DNA of 56,766 bases from Chiloscyllium plagiosum (GCF_004010195.1 NC_057719.1:87721989-87778754), one strand, 5' to 3'. Counted from the stretch's first letter, positions 1-12,901 are shown. The notes: generated by a model from the sequence alone, not told the origin. Translations and numbers: made by a program.

Positions 1-509
1 TACAAGCTGGGTGGATTAGCCATGGGGAATGCTGGGTTACTGGGATAGGCTAGGGGTGTGGGTCTGAGTTAAATGCTCTTCAATGGGTCGGTTTGGACTT
101 GATGGGCCAAATGGCCTGCTTCCACACTTTCAGGGTTTGATAACTGAGCAAGACAAAAAGTGTTATAAACGATGATAAACTATGTCATAGCTAGACACTT
201 GCAAAGTAACAGTATGATTGTGAAGTGTCAACATGGATTTATGACAGGGAAACTATGTTTGACAACCTGTTTTGAGTATTTTACTTGAAGGATTGTTAAA
301 TTCCAATATGTGAATATTCCAAATACTTTTGTAAGGGTCACACTTAGGTATGTAAACTAAATTCAAGCACATCAGATTCAGATTATTATACTAGTTGAAA
401 ATGAAAATTGGTTAACAGGTAGAAATCAAAGGTAAAGGGAGGATGGTACTCATTATTGGGGTACCATAATGATCTATGGTACAATCACAATGGTTCAAAT
501 TTTTTAGAA

Positions 510-1600
510 AGAATCATTCATGCCATATTGGTTCAGATGGCATTTATTTCTTATCCTTAATTGCTTTGGAGAAGCAAGTGGTGAATTACTTTGTGAATTT
601 CTTGAACAGCTGCAGTTCTTGGGATGTAGGGGTACCACAATGATGTTAGGAACAGAGTTCCAGGATTTTGACCCACCAACAGTGAAGGAGTGATGATGTA
701 ATTCTGAGTGTACGATGATGTGTGACTTGAAAGGGAATTTGCAGGCAGTGATAATGCCAAGCATCTGTGCCTGTGTTCTCCAAGATGGCAGAGTTTGTGG
801 GTTTGGAAGGCGCAGTTGAAGAAAAGTGAATTTGTGAGTTAGTGCAGGCACCTTGTAAATGGTGCACTCTGCTGCTCCTTTGCGTCGGTGGTCAAGGCAG
901 GGAGTGTTAAAGGTTGTAGATGGACTGCGAACCAAGTGGATTGCTTTGTCCTGGATGGTGTTGAGCTTCTTGAATGCTGTTAGAGCTGCCTTTATCAGAC
1001 AAGTGGAGAGCATCTTATCACACATCTTGTGTCCAGTGTTTGCGGATCAAGCATTGGGGAATGGGATGTGAGTTACTTATTCCTAAATTCTTAGCATCTA
1101 ATTTATTCTTTTTGCCACTCTAAGGCATCCCCAGTGCAGTTTCAGGTCAATAGTAACCCCTGAGATGTTGATAGTGTGGGATTTAGCAATGCTAATTAAT
1201 GACTGTTAACATCAAGGGTTGATGGTTAGATTTTCTCTGGATGAAAATGTCCATTATTGGGCACTCATGTGGCACAAATGTCACTTGTCACCTATCCTCA
1301 ATTACTGCCTGACCTGCTGGGCTTTTCCAGCAACACACCCTTGACTGATCTCCAGCATCTGCAGTCCTCACTTTCACCTACTTACTAGCCCATGCCAGGA
1401 TAGTGTTCTGGTCTTGCTACATTAGGAAATGGACTATTTTGGAGTTGTGAATACTTCGGAAGATTGTATCGTCATCAGTGAGGATCCCCAAGTCTGACCT
1501 TATGATGGAGGGAATGTTATTGATAAAACAGTTGAAGATGGCTGGGCTTATGACACTACCGTAATTATTTCCTAGGGCTTAGATGATCAAGTCTACAATT
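510..1600 (-). mobile_element. L2/CR1-group LINE 3' fragment
   Basis: KKLNTIQDKAIHLV..HRR..CTIYK; same family at 2520-3230, 20830-21750 and 22270-22580. Confidence 0.75.
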
Positions 1601-2035
1601 GTGATTTTGATGTGCAAACTAAATGCATTATTTCTGCAACTGCTGATGACATAGGACTGCACAAGGAACGTAGAGGATGCAACAAAGCTTCAGGGGGCTT
1701 GGACCGCTGAACCAAACTAATCCCCACTCCAAATATTGTGTTTCTCTTTCTTCAACCATAGTCTTTCTACTACTTCTTCCTTCTTCTTCTCTCCTATCCT
1801 TCTGCTCCTTAACCCTTCCCCCCTCCTCACCTGGTCCTATTATTCCTTCACCTCCTCATTCCACCTCACCTGGATACTGCACACTTACTGCCATTCTGCA
1901 GATTAGCAGATTTACTATGTATTAACTCAACTGCAGTTAAACATTAAAGGTAAGAGACAAACAAATTAAAGTAAGCCATTACAGATTCTGAAACAGACGT
2001 TTGGCTAAACCAACAACATTGTCCTGGATATTTAC

Positions 2036-2077
2036 CTGGTGCTGCTTTGTTTGGCGTCTCTTTTACTGCAAAAATTT
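2036..2077 (-). CDS. PLCB2: Candidate PLCB2 X-Y linker micro-exon (42 bp, or 30 bp from an alternative acceptor at 2065)
   Basis: TAG| or CAG| acceptor, CAG|GTAAAT donor, phase 1-1, open frame (E)IFAVKETPNKAAP; no homology support. Confidence 0.35.
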
Positions 2078-3227
2078 CTACATGGGCATAAGGAAAATAT
2101 CTTAGTTAACAAAAACATCAGCTGTTAACTTAGTCTATTAGAAATCACAAACACTGGGCTATGTATTTCCGAAATTCCGGAACAGGTGGAAATAATAGAT
2201 CTGGAGACAGTGTGCTGCAAAGTGATAAGGGATTGTGGAGTGGAGAATTATGATTTTCTTTCCACCATCACATTTTTACATGCGATGGTGCATGTGTGGG
2301 GGACGGAGTGGGGTGGTGGAGAGACAGGGACTGAGCTGTCATGTGTAAGAAAGAGGTCATACATTTTGGCGAATCCTGGTGGGCATCCTTGTGGGTGGGG
2401 TGGTGGACTCCTGTCCTTCCACAAGATCTACCACCTTATCACACCTCACAGCTGCCTCCTCAATGAAATTCAAAAAGAATATCAGATGTTCTCTTATACT
2501 ATGCAATGTTCAGTAACATTGATTTTTAAAATTTGTTTGTGGTATTTGGGTGATATTGGCTGGGTCAGCAATTATGGCCCTTTCTTAATTTACTGTGAGA
2601 GGATGGTGACAAGTAAGCTTCCAGAACTGCCGTAATTAATGCAGTGTAGATACACCAAGAAGGCTGATTTGAAAAGGAGCTGCAGGATGTAGACAGTAAA
2701 GATGACAATTACAGTTTCAAGTCAGAACAATGTGTGACTCAGTAGGAAAATTGGAGGTGATGTCAATCCCAAGTATCTGCCCACTTTGTTGTTTCAGATG
2801 GTACGGCTACAGGTTTGGAAAATGCTGCTGCCACTATATGTTGGGGATGGATTAAATGAATTATAAAGATCCTAGAACTGATGCCAGTTGAAAGTGAGGA
2901 CTGCAGATGCTGGAGGTTCGAGTCAAGAGCGTGATGTTGGAAATGCACAGCAGGTTAGGCAGCATCCGAGGAGCAGGAGAGTCGGCTCTGCTGTTCCTTG
3001 GATGCTGCCTGACTAGATTGGGTGCCAGTTCAGTTGGCTACTTTGTGAGGGATGCAGTCAAAATTCTTGAATATTGTGGGATCTGCACTCATTCCAGGCA
3101 AATGGGGCGTATTCCATCACAATTTGAATTTGTGCCTTGTACAGTGTGGACAGGCTTTGTTGATTTAGGAGCTGGTGGGGGTTACTCATTGCAGGATCCC
3201 TACCCTCTGATCCAGCTTAAAGTTCTG

Positions 3228-4515
3228 TCTCCTTTGGCATTGATCTTTAAATCGTCATTGTCTACAGGAATAGTACCTGAGGTCTGGAGGATAGCAAATG
3301 TGGTTCCCTTGTTCAAAAAGGGTAGTAGAGACAACCCTGGTAATTACAGACCAGTGAGTCTCCTTTCAGTTGTTGGTAAAGTGTTGGAAAAGGTTATAAG
3401 AGATAGGATTTATAACCATCTAGAAAAGAATAATCTGATCAGGGACAGTCAGCAAGGTTTTGTGAAGGTTAGGTCGTGCCTAACGAATCTTATTGACTTT
3501 TTTGACAAAGTGGCCAAACAGGTAAATGAGAGTAAACCGGTTGATATGGTGTATATGGATTTCAGCAAGGCGTTCGATAAGGTTATTATACAAAATGCGG
3601 AGGAATGGGATTGTGGGAGACATAGCANNNNNNNNNNNNNNNNNNNNNNNNNNNNNNNNNNNNNNNNNNNNNNNNNNNNNNNNNNNNNNNNNNNNNNNNN
3701 NNNNNNNNNNNNNNNNNNNNNNNNNNNNNNNNNNNNNNNNNNNNNNNNNNNNNNNNNNNNNNNNNNNNNNNNNNNNNNNNNNNNNNNNNNNNNNNNNNNN
3801 NNNNNNNNNNNNNNNNNNNNNNNNNNNNNNNNNNNNNNNNNNNNNNNNNNNNNNNNNNNNNNNNNNNNNNNNNNNNNNNNNNNNNNNNNNNNNNNNNNNN
3901 NNNNNNNNNNNNNNNNNNNNNNNNNNNNNNNNNNNNNNNNNNNNNNNNNNNNNNNNNNNNNNNNNNNNNNNNNNNNNNNNNNNNNNNNNNNNNNNNNNNN
4001 NNNNNNNNNNNNNNNNNNNNNNNNNNNNNNNNNNNNNNNNNNNNNNNNNNNNNNNNNNNNNNNNNNNNNNNNNNNNNNNNNNNNNNNNNNNNNNNNNNNN
4101 NNNNNNNNNNNNNNNNNNNNNNNNNNNNNNNNNNNNNNNNNNNNNNNNNNNNNNNNNNNNNNNNNNNNNNNNNNNNNNNNNNNNNNNNNNNNNNNNNNNN
4201 NNNNNNNNNNNNNNNNNNNNNNNNNNNNNNNNNNNNNNNNNNNNNNNNNNNNNNNNNNNNNNNNNNNNNNNNNNNNNNNGTATAAGATAGATGTCAGAGG
4301 TAGTTTCTTTACTCAGAGAGTAGCAAGGGTATGGAATGCTTTGCCTGCAACGGTAGTAGATTCGCCAAGTTTAAGTGCATTTAAGTCGTCATTGGACAGG
4401 TATATGGACGTACATGGAATAGTCTAGGTGGGGTGGGCTTCAGATTAGTGTGACAGGGCAGCGCAACATCGAGGACCGAAGGGCCTGTATTGCGCTATAG
4501 TGTTCTATTTCTATG
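3228..4515 (+). mobile_element. CR1 LINE RT and 3' end (spans an assembly gap)
   Basis: WRIANVVPLFKKGSRDNPGNYRPVSL, YMDFSKAFDKV, FFTQRVARVWNALP. Confidence 0.9.
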
Positions 4516-4516
4516 A

Positions 4517-5060
4517 ATGTGGGGTATATCAGTGTTACAGTAAAGGGTGTAGGTTATATCAGAATGTTACAGTGAGGGGTGTGGCATATATCAGAATGTT
4601 ACAGTGAGGGGTGTGCAGTATATCACAGTGTTAAGTGAGGGATATGGGGTATATCAGAGTATTACGCTGAGGGGAATGGGGTAAATCAGTGTTACAGTGA
4701 GGCCTGTGGAGTATATCATGTTACAGTGGAGGAGTATATCAGTTTTACAGTGAGGGGTGTGGGATAAATCAGAGTTTTACAGTGAGGTGTGTGGGATATA
4801 TTAAAGTGTTACAGTGAGGGGTGTGGGGTATATCAGTGTGTCATAGTGACGGGTGTGGGATATATTACAGTGTTACAGTGAGGCGTGCGGGATATTATCA
4901 GAGTGTTACAGTGAGTGGTGTGGGGTATATCAGAGTGTTACAGTGAGGGGAGTGGGGTATATCAGTGTTACAGTGAGGGGAGTGCAGTCTATCAGTGCTA
5001 CAGTGAGGGGTGTGGGGTCTATCATAGTGTTACAGTGATGGGAGTGGGGTATGTCAGTGT
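4517..5060. repeat. Minisatellite, about 30-32 bp unit (GTGTTACAGTGAGGGGTGTGGGGTATATCA)
   Basis: Many degenerate tandem copies just downstream of the exon 14 donor. Confidence 0.92.
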
Positions 5061-5135
5061 GTTCGCGGTAAATTGCTGTTACAGGTTGATGTGTATATTT
5101 TCAGTTATTGCCCTATCAGCCACAGGAAGCTGTAC

Positions 5136-5304
5136 CTGTTTGAGAGATCTCTCCCTGCAGTGTTGTCTGATCAGCCTCTGAGACCATGCTCTTCCTCCTC
5201 TGCCCATCTTGGTTGTTGGCACTGCTCATCTTGTTCTTCTTGTTCTTGATGAGAATCTTACCCATCAGTTCGTGTGGGCTGGGAAGGGGGACTCCGGGTC
5301 TCAG
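5136..5304 (-). CDS. PLCB2: PLC beta 2, exon 14 equivalent (end of X domain, start of X-Y linker)
   Basis: CAG|LRPGVPLPSPHELMGKILIKNKKNKMSSANNQDGQRRKSMVSEADQTTLQGEISQT|GTACAG; acceptor well supported, donor position less certain. Confidence 0.85.
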
Positions 5305-6054
5305 CTGTCACACAGTAGAGCAAACACATTGAGATCTGTTGCAGACTGACACAGTCAACTGTTGACTGTCACTGAAATCTCAGCCAAATAACGCCTGGTG
5401 TTACACACAGCCCAGCAGAAGATTTTTAAAAATACCGCAATTGATCACCTGCATATGTTGAAAAACAAATATAGATAGAAATCTCACCTAATTTGTCTGC
5501 TTCTGCCTTGAAGATCTAAGAGTGGAGTTAGTCCTGGACTTCCCTGTGTAGGAGTGACCTCCCACAGTGGGGAGTATCTGCCAAATTGCTGGGGTCCCAA
5601 ACTCCGAGGCAGCAGTGGAATTCTAAATGACAGGCCCTGTCCATCTTTTTTCACAGAGAGCCCGATCTGACTGACCCAGATCTTGGCTGAGCCTTTCCTG
5701 AGAAACCTCAGCAAAATAGGAAAGAGCATTTGACGCCACCCCACCACCCCCCAACCCCAATACCCACCTCCACTCCCCACCCCCTCCACACACTCTCACA
5801 ACTCTTCCTGTTCCCCGACCCTCTCTCACACAGCTTTCTGATCTCCCACCATTCCCCCCACTCTTCCTAGCCACCCTCTTCACCGCCCCACCCCACACTG
5901 TCAAACTTCAAACCTCAAAATGGGAATTTAAGTCTGAGTCCGCCAAATCCCACATTGTTAAAATGAATATGCTGTGAAGTAAGCATTGATCATTTTGGTG
6001 AGATGGTGGGTGATGGAATCAGTTTGGTCAGTGACAATTAAGTCTTGTAACCAT

Positions 6055-7010
6055 GGGGCTGCATGGTGGCTCAGTGATTAGCACTGCTGCCTCACAGTGC
6101 CAGGGACCCGAGTTTGATTCCAGCCTCGGGTGACTGTGTGGAGTTTGCACATTCTCCCCTGTCTGTGTGGGTTTCCTCCAGGTGCTCCAGTTTCCTCCCA
6201 CGGCCCAAAGATGTGCAGGTTAGGTAGATTGGCCATGCTAAATTACCCACTGTGTCCAGGGATGTGCAGGTTAGGTGGATTTGCCATGCCAAATTACCCA
6301 CTGTCTCCAGGTATGTGCAGGTGAGGTGGATTAGCCATGGGAAATGCAGGTTGCAGATAGGGGGTTGGGGTCTGCATGGGATGGTCTTCAGAGGGTCAGT
6401 GTGGACTCAGTGGGCCCATTGGCCTGGGTTTCCTCCAGGTGCTCCAGTTTCCTCCCACGGCCCAAAGATGTGCAGGTTAGGTAGATTGGCCATGCCAAAT
6501 TACCCAATGGTCCAGCGATGTGCAGGTTAGGTGAATTGGCCATGCCAAATTACCCACTGTATCCAGGGATGTGCAGGTTAGGTAGATTGGCCATGCTAAA
6601 TTACCCACTGTGTCCAGGGATGTGCAGGTTAGGTGGATTGGCCATGCTAAATTACCCAATGGTCCAGCGATGTGCAGGTTAGGTGGATTGGCCATGCCAA
6701 ATTACCCACTGTGTCCAGGGATGTGCAGGTTAGGTGGATTGGCCATGCCAAATTACCCAATGGTCCAGGGATGTGCAGGTTAGGTGGATTGGCCATGCCA
6801 AATTACCCACTGTGTTCAGCGATGTGCAGGTTAGGTGGATTAGCCATGCTAAATTATCCACTGTGTCCAGGGATGTGCAGGTTAGGTGGATTAGCCATGG
6901 GAAATGCAGGTTGCAGATAGGGGATTGGGGTCTGCATGGGATGGTCTTCAGAGGGTCAGTGTGGACTCAGTGGGCCCATTGGCCTACTCGTGGATGTGGG
7001 GATTCTATGT
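6055..7010 (+). mobile_element. tRNA-derived HE1/V-SINE-like element with internal tandem expansion
   Basis: A-box GGTGGCTCAGTGATTAG, B-box-like GTTTGATTCC, TGTGTGGAGTTTGCACATTCTCCCC core; about 12 copies of a 50-51 bp unit. Confidence 0.88.
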
Positions 7011-7305
7011 CAACCTTTCCCCTTATTTCCAGCTCCAAACCAGATGGTGTGAGAGGTTATTGAGATGGAATCAGGGCAAAAAGGATTGATATGTGGATAC
7101 CAGCCAATGTGCTAGGTGAATAATTGAGGGGAGTGGGGAATGGCAAATGTGTTATCGACCTCAGGGTTCAATGGTCTTTGAGCTGGGAGCTGCAGCAATG
7201 TGTTTAAATTTCTTGATGAATCACTGAGTCATTGACCTCAGGTCTTCTGTAATAATTGCCACTTGGTTTGGTTACTTTACCGTAACACCACCGTGGGCAT
7301 CATAT

Positions 7306-7655
7306 GGGCAGCATGGTGGCTCAGTGATTAGCACTCCTGCCTCACATTGCCAGGGACCCAGGTTCAATTCCAGCCTCGGGCGACTGTCTGTGTGGAGTTT
7401 GCACATTCTCCCCGGGTCTGCGTGGGTTTCCTCTGGATGCTCCGGTTACCTCTCACAATCCAAAGATGTACAGGGCAGGTGAATTGATCATGCTAAATTG
7501 CCCATCCTGTTCAGGCATGTGTAGGTTATGTACATTAGTTGGGGTAAATATAGGGTAATAGGGTTGGGGAATGGGTCTGGATGGGTTACTCTTCGGAGGG
7601 TGGGTGTGGACTTATTGAGCTGAAGGTCCTGTTTCCACACTGTAGGGATTCTAAT
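7306..7655 (+). mobile_element. HE1/V-SINE-like element
   Basis: A/B boxes, conserved core, CR1-like 3' tail CCTGTTTCCACACTGTAGGGATTCTA. Confidence 0.88.
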
Positions 7656-8089
7656 ATCTGGATGCATCACAGCTTGGTACGGCAACTGCTGTTCCCAAGA
7701 CCACAAGAAACTACAGAGACCATCCCACTCCCTTATACTGTTTTCCATCCTGTTCCGTTGGGCAGAAGATATAAAAGTTTGTACACCAGTACATGAACCA
7801 ACAGATTCAAGAACAGCTTATTCCCCACTGTTATCAGACTTTTGAACAGACCTCTTTAACATTAATTCTGGTCTCTCCTCCTCTCTCAGCAGAAGCAGGT
7901 CAGTCAGTCCCCTTTCCTGTCTTTACCCTATTGCCCTCAAATCTGTGTCTTCAAATAATCGTCCAATTCCCTTTCTGCGGCCAAATAATGGTTTAATACT
8001 TGGTACCTGTCAACAAGAGATAACTTGTGTGCCCCACTGCATTGTTGGGGTCAGTTGAAGTTTATAAATAAGCAACAGCATTCAGCCTG

Positions 8090-8425
8090 AATAGAGATAA
8101 GCTTTTTCCCAGGGTGAAGGATTCAATAATGAGAGGCCACGGTTTCAAGGTGAGAAGTGGAAAGTTTAAGGGGGATACACGCAAGTACCTCACACAGAGG
8201 ATGGTGGACATCTGGAACGCATTACCGGCAGAGGTAGTAGAGGCAGGCATAGTAAATTTATTTAAGATGCGTCTGGACAGATGCATGAGTAGGTGGGGAG
8301 CAGAGGGATACAGATGCTTAGGAATTGGGTGACAGGTTTAGACAGTAGGTTTGAATCGGCTCAGGTTTGGAGGACCGAAGGGCCTGTTCCTGGGCTGTAA
8401 ATTTTCTTTGTTCTTTGTTCTTTGT
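8090..8425 (+). mobile_element. CR1 LINE 3' fragment
   Basis: RGHGFKV..TQRMVDIWNALP; (TTTGTTC)n tail. Confidence 0.85.
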
Positions 8426-8744
8426 TCTTGAACTAAGAGAAATATTAGAAATGGGGGAGAACACGAGGTGCCATCTTTCCCTTGACCACATTCCGGTTAG
8501 CTGGCAATGGCCACAGGATGGTGATCAGAATGAGGAGCCCTGCTCATTCCCCACCTCAGTTGGCGAGAGGAGGAGGCTGTGGGCTCGCTCTAAGGTACCG
8601 GGAGGCACAGGAGAGGAATTAAAGCTCATTATCTCAGGATCTGATAGAGGCTGCACCACACTGGAGTGCTCCAAGACACTGACATGCCGGACTCTCCCAG
8701 GAACACACCAGATATCCTACAAAGATGCTCCTCACTGTGAACAT

Positions 8745-8870
8745 CACCAGCTTTCCACACAACCAATACCCCACAGTCGCAACTTTCCATCACCCTCACC
8801 ACCACAACTTTCCACCTCCAACACAACTTTCCATATGCCCTCCCCATCGCAACTTTCTATGCAACCACCA
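8745..8870. repeat. Degenerate tandem repeat (CCCC..CGCAACTTTCC-like, about 20-27 bp)
   Basis: CAACTTTCC-like motif recurs about 5 times downstream of the exon 13 donor. Confidence 0.55.
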
Positions 8871-8914
8871 CCCCGATCATGTCACAGCCTCTGTGGTTTA
8901 CAATCCTTACTTAC

Positions 8915-8999
8915 TGGGTACTTTTCCATGGTTTCTGTCAGTAACATATCGCCAAATATTGTCCGGCAGTAGTCAGCCATCTTAGCTTGCTGTTTCGGG
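8915..8999 (-). CDS. PLCB2: PLC beta 2, exon 13 equivalent (X domain)
   Basis: 85 bp, CAG|...|[34 protein letters not shown]. Confidence 0.95.
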
Positions 9000-9109
9000 C
9001 TGGTGGAAATCAAAGGAAATGGTCAGACATCTATAAATGCAATGTCTCAGGAAAAAAGACAAGGAAGTGAAATTAGGGAAGCTTCTCTTTTAAAGAGCCA
9101 TCAGAACAG

Positions 9110-9780
9110 AGGTTGAGGGGGAGAGACAATGAGAGAGAGAGAGAGGGAGATGCAGAGACACAGCGAGAAAGAGACAGTGAGGGTGATATTGGGGTAGAGA
9201 GAAAGTGAGGGAGAAAGAAACATGCAGAAGGAGACAGAGACCCTGTGAGAGAGGAACAGACATGGGGGAAAAGAGAGAGAAACTGGGTGAGAGGAGAAAG
9301 GCAATATGATGGGGAGTGAGAAAAGCATTGAGGGTGCACAAGACATAGGCACTGAGAGTGAGTGAGTGAGCGCGCGCGAGAGAGAGAGGCACTGAATGGG
9401 AGAGAGACACAGACACTGAGGCGAAGAGAGAGGGATAGGTGCTGAGGGAAAGAGAGAGAGAGAGAGACAGACATTGAGGCAGGTGGAGAGAGAGAGACAG
9501 GCACTAAGAGAGAGAGAGAGAGAGAGACAGGCACAAAGAGAAAGAGAGAGAGAGGCACTGGGGAGAAAGAGAGAGGGGCACTGAGTGAAAGAGAGTGAGA
9601 GTGAGACAGGCATTGAGGGAAAAAGAGTGAGAGATACAGGTGATGAGGGAAAGAGAAAGAGAGAGAGATGCGCTGAGAGAGATAGGTACAGAGGGAGAGA
9701 AAGATGGACATGGGCAGAGCAAGAGAGAGACTGAGAGGGACAGACACTAGGAGTATAGAGACACTGAAAAGTGAGATACA
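9110..9780. repeat. GA-rich low-complexity repeat
   Basis: (GA)n tracts with a recurring AGGCACTGAG motif; source of the spurious Ser/Leu ORFs. Confidence 0.9.
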
Positions 9781-10494
9781 CAATCAGGCAGTTAAATAGC
9801 TGCGGATATACGAGTGGACTAGGAATCCAATGGTCTGCACCAATGCTTTGGAGACATCAGTTCAGGAGAGCTGGTGGAAATTGAATTTAATTAAGGAATC
9901 AGGAATGAAAAAGATGGTTTCATGTGACTGTGAAATACTGGCTGATCAAAACATCCCCCACCTCCAATTTACTATTTATTTTAGGGCAATATATTGCGTT
10001 CATAGCATATAAAACCATAAGGAACAGAATCAGAAGTAGGCTATTCGGTCCCTCAAGGCTGGTCCACCATTCAATATAGTCTACTTTCCTGCCTGGCTTT
10101 CTCCATAACACTCGACTCTGTCATCAATCAAAACTCGGGCTTGAGAATATTCAGTGATCCCATTTTCCACTGCTCCTGGGGCAGAGAGATCCAAACACTA
10201 ACAACCCCTGTGAAGGGATATTCTTCTCATCTCTGTTTTAAATAAAAGACCCCCTCCTTTTCAAACTGTGGCCCTAGGTTTAGACCTTCCCACAAGAGGA
10301 AACATACGTTCAGCATCTACCCCATCAACCTCTCTCAGATGTAACATCATCCCGTTTTTGTTAAGAACTCTAACGAGTATAGGGCCAACCTGTTCAAACC
10401 TTTTGTGAACTGCTTCCAGTGCATGCAAAAATGCTAAAGTAAGGAGATCAGAGCTGTACACAGTACTCCAGATATAATCTCACTGATACCCTGT

Positions 10495-10830
10495 ACAGAC
10501 AGAATCCCTACAGTGTGGACACAGGCTATTTGGCCCATCGAGTCCATGCCGACTCTCAAAGAGCATTCCACTCAGACCACACCCCTACCATATCCCTGTA
10601 ACTCTGCATTTCCCATGGCTAATCCACCTAGCCTGCCCATCCCTGGACACTATGGGCACTTTAGCATGGCCAGTCCATCTAACCTGCACATCTTCAAACT
10701 GTGGTGGAAAGCTACGCAGACATGAGGAGAATGTGCAAATTCCACGCAGATGGTTGCCCAAGGGTGGAATCGAACCTGGGTTTCAGGCACTGTGAGGCAG
10801 CAGCGCTAACCACTTAGCCACTGTGCCAAG
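10495..10830 (-). mobile_element. HE1/V-SINE-like element
   Basis: Reverse complement of the same SINE, inserted within CR1 fragments spanning about 9985-11620. Confidence 0.85.
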
Positions 10831-11984
10831 TTGTTGCAAGACTTCCCTACTTTTATGCTCCATCCCCATTGCCGATATTTCTTTTGTTTTCCTGAACACT
10901 TTCTGTAGCTTCATTTGTGATTCCTATACAAGGACACCCAGATCCCTCTGCACATGACCTTCTGCATTCTCTCTCTATTTTTGTATTGTCCTGCTTTTCT
11001 GCTTTTTCTTTTGCCAAAGTGGACAACTTTACATTTACTCTATCACCAAAATCATTGGCCACTAAATTAGTATTTCTATATCCCTTTACAGACTCTTTGT
11101 AACCTCTTCATAACTTGTTTTTCCACCCTGTAATTGTATTTTCAGCAAATCTGACAATAATACAGTAGATCTTTTCAACCATGTAATTGATATAGATTGT
11201 AAACAGTTGAGGCCCCAACACTGATCTCTGTGGCACCCCACTGGTTCCAGTTTGCCATCTTAAGAATGATTCATTTATCTGTTTTCTGTGAATCAGCCAA
11301 TTGCCTACCCTTGCTAATAAATTAACGCCAACACCATGAACTCTTAGCTTAAATGTAGCACCTTTTCAAATGCTCTTTTCAAAGAATATCTAAATACACT
11401 GCATCTAATGGTTCCCCTTTATCCACCCTGCAAGGTATGCCCTCAAAGAGCTTCCATAAATTTCTCTTTCACTAAGCCATGTTCACTCTGCCTGATAGAT
11501 TATGAATTTCTAAATGTCCTGCTGCAGCTTGGTTAATAACAGTTCTTGCATTTCTCCATGACAGACCTAAGGCTATCTGGCCTTTAGTTTCCAGCTTTCT
11601 TTCCTTTCTGGAACAGGGGTTTTACATGTGCAACTGATTGGCCTACAGATGACTCCAGATTCATGGCAATGTGTTTGACATTCAACTTCTCTCTGAAGTG
11701 ACTAGGGAAACCATCAAACCATATTGAAAAGGCTTACGTAAGTGGGCAAAGAAGTGGACAATAGAATATAATGTGAGAAAATGCGAAACTGACCGTGTTT
11801 GCAGGAACAATGAAAAAAGGGCATTATCTAAATGGTCAGAGATTGCAGAGCTCTGGGATTTAGAGAGATCTGAGTGTCCTAGTGCATAAATCAGAAAAAG
11901 GTTATATCAAAGGAAATAAGAATATAAGAACTAGGAGCAGGTGTAGGCCATCTGGGTGGATAAAGGGGAATGGAGTATAACAGG

Positions 11985-12869
11985 AGGGAAGATCCAGGCC
12001 AGGTGTTAGATTTCGAGGTAGGTGAGCACTTTGGTGATAATGATCACAATTCGGTTACAAAGGGATAGGTACATATCGCAGGACAAGAGTTATAGCTGAG
12101 AGAATGGCAATTATGATGCAATTAGCCAAAGGCGAATTTAGGATGCATAGGATGGGGAAGGAAACTGCAGGGGATGGGCACAATGTGGAGCTTGTTCAAG
12201 GAACAGCGACAACATGTCCTGGTAAGTGTGGATTTGTCAGGCAGGGAGGAATTGGTCGAGCGAGGGAACCGTAGTTTACTAAAGAAGTTGAATCTCTTGT
12301 CAAAAGGAAGAAGGAGGCTTATGTAAAGATGAGACATGAAGACTCAGGGCTTACAAGTTAGCCAGAAAGGACCGAAAGGGAGAGCTAAGAAGAGCCAGTA
12401 GGGGACATGAGAAGTCTTTGGCAGGTAGGATCAAGGAAAACCCTAAAGCTTTCTATAGGTATGTCAGGAATAAAAGAATGAGTCGGGTAAGATTAGGGCC
12501 AATCAAGGACAGTAGTGGGAAGTTCTGCGTGGAATCCGAAGAGATAAGAGAGGTGCTAAATGAATATATTTCATCAGTATTCACAAAGGAAAAAGGCAAC
12601 TTTGTTGAGGACAATACTGAGATATAGGCTATTAGACCACATGTGATTGTGATTCAGAAGAAGGAGGTGTTAGCAATTCTGGAAAGTGTGAAAGTAGGAA
12701 AGTCCTCTGGGCCGGATGGGATTTATCCTAGGATTCTCTGGGAAACTAGGGAGGAGATTGCAGAACCTTTGGCTTTGATCTTTATGTCATCATTATCTAT
12801 AGGAATAGTGCCAGAAGACTGGAGGATAGCAAATGTTGTCTCCTTGTTCAAGAAGGGGAGTAGAGACAA
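11985..12869 (+). mobile_element. CR1 LINE ORF2 fragment, 5' part (interrupted by R2)
   Basis: IKENPKAFYRYV, KSSGPDGIYPRIL..VPEDWRIANVV.LFKKGSRD. Confidence 0.9.
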
Positions 12870-12873
12870 GTCT

Positions 12874-12901
12874 GGCGGGAGTAACTATGACTCTCTTAAG
12901 G
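12874..12901 (+). rRNA. 28-nt fragment of 28S rRNA (sequence immediately upstream of the R2 insertion site); not an rRNA gene
   Basis: Exact match to the conserved 28S motif GGCGGGAGTAACTATGACTCTCTTAAGG; no rDNA on either side. Confidence 0.93.

Noticed and set aside
2363..2451. Possible additional PLCB2 linker exon (AVRCDKVVDLVEGQESTTPPTRMPTRIRQN)
   Set aside because: The acceptor context is weak (purine-rich), the donor is weak, and there is no homology. It cannot be supported without RNA data.
2907..4427. 506-aa ORF and other long X-containing ORFs (46865-47573)
   Set aside because: Their length comes from N gaps and fused transposon fragments.
5484..5789. ORF ending at a TAG|GTGAG donor with faint similarity to the PLC PGxPLPS motif
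   Set aside because: The similarity is marginal, and exons 13 and 14 already join in frame without it.
6055..6130. tRNA genes at the A/B-box motifs (also 7306, 26730 and 31420)
   Set aside because: These are SINE heads followed by SINE body sequence, with no complete cloverleaf.
6209..6900. CRISPR-like array suggested by regular ~50-bp repeats (also 39255-39552 and 4517-5060)
   Set aside because: The units are contiguous with no unique spacers, the context is a eukaryotic intron, and there are no cas genes.
8367..8972. 201-aa plus-strand ORF overlapping exon 13 in antisense
   Set aside because: It starts in a CR1 tail, runs through a degenerate repeat, and has no recognisable domain.
9073..9783. 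Long Ser/Leu-rich ORFs (236 and 226 aa)
   Set aside because: These are translations of GA/TC low-complexity sequence.
12874..12901. A 28S rRNA gene or rDNA unit at this locus
   Set aside because: Only 28 nt match. Upstream is CR1, and the downstream TAGCCAAATG 28S flank is absent at the R2 3' end.
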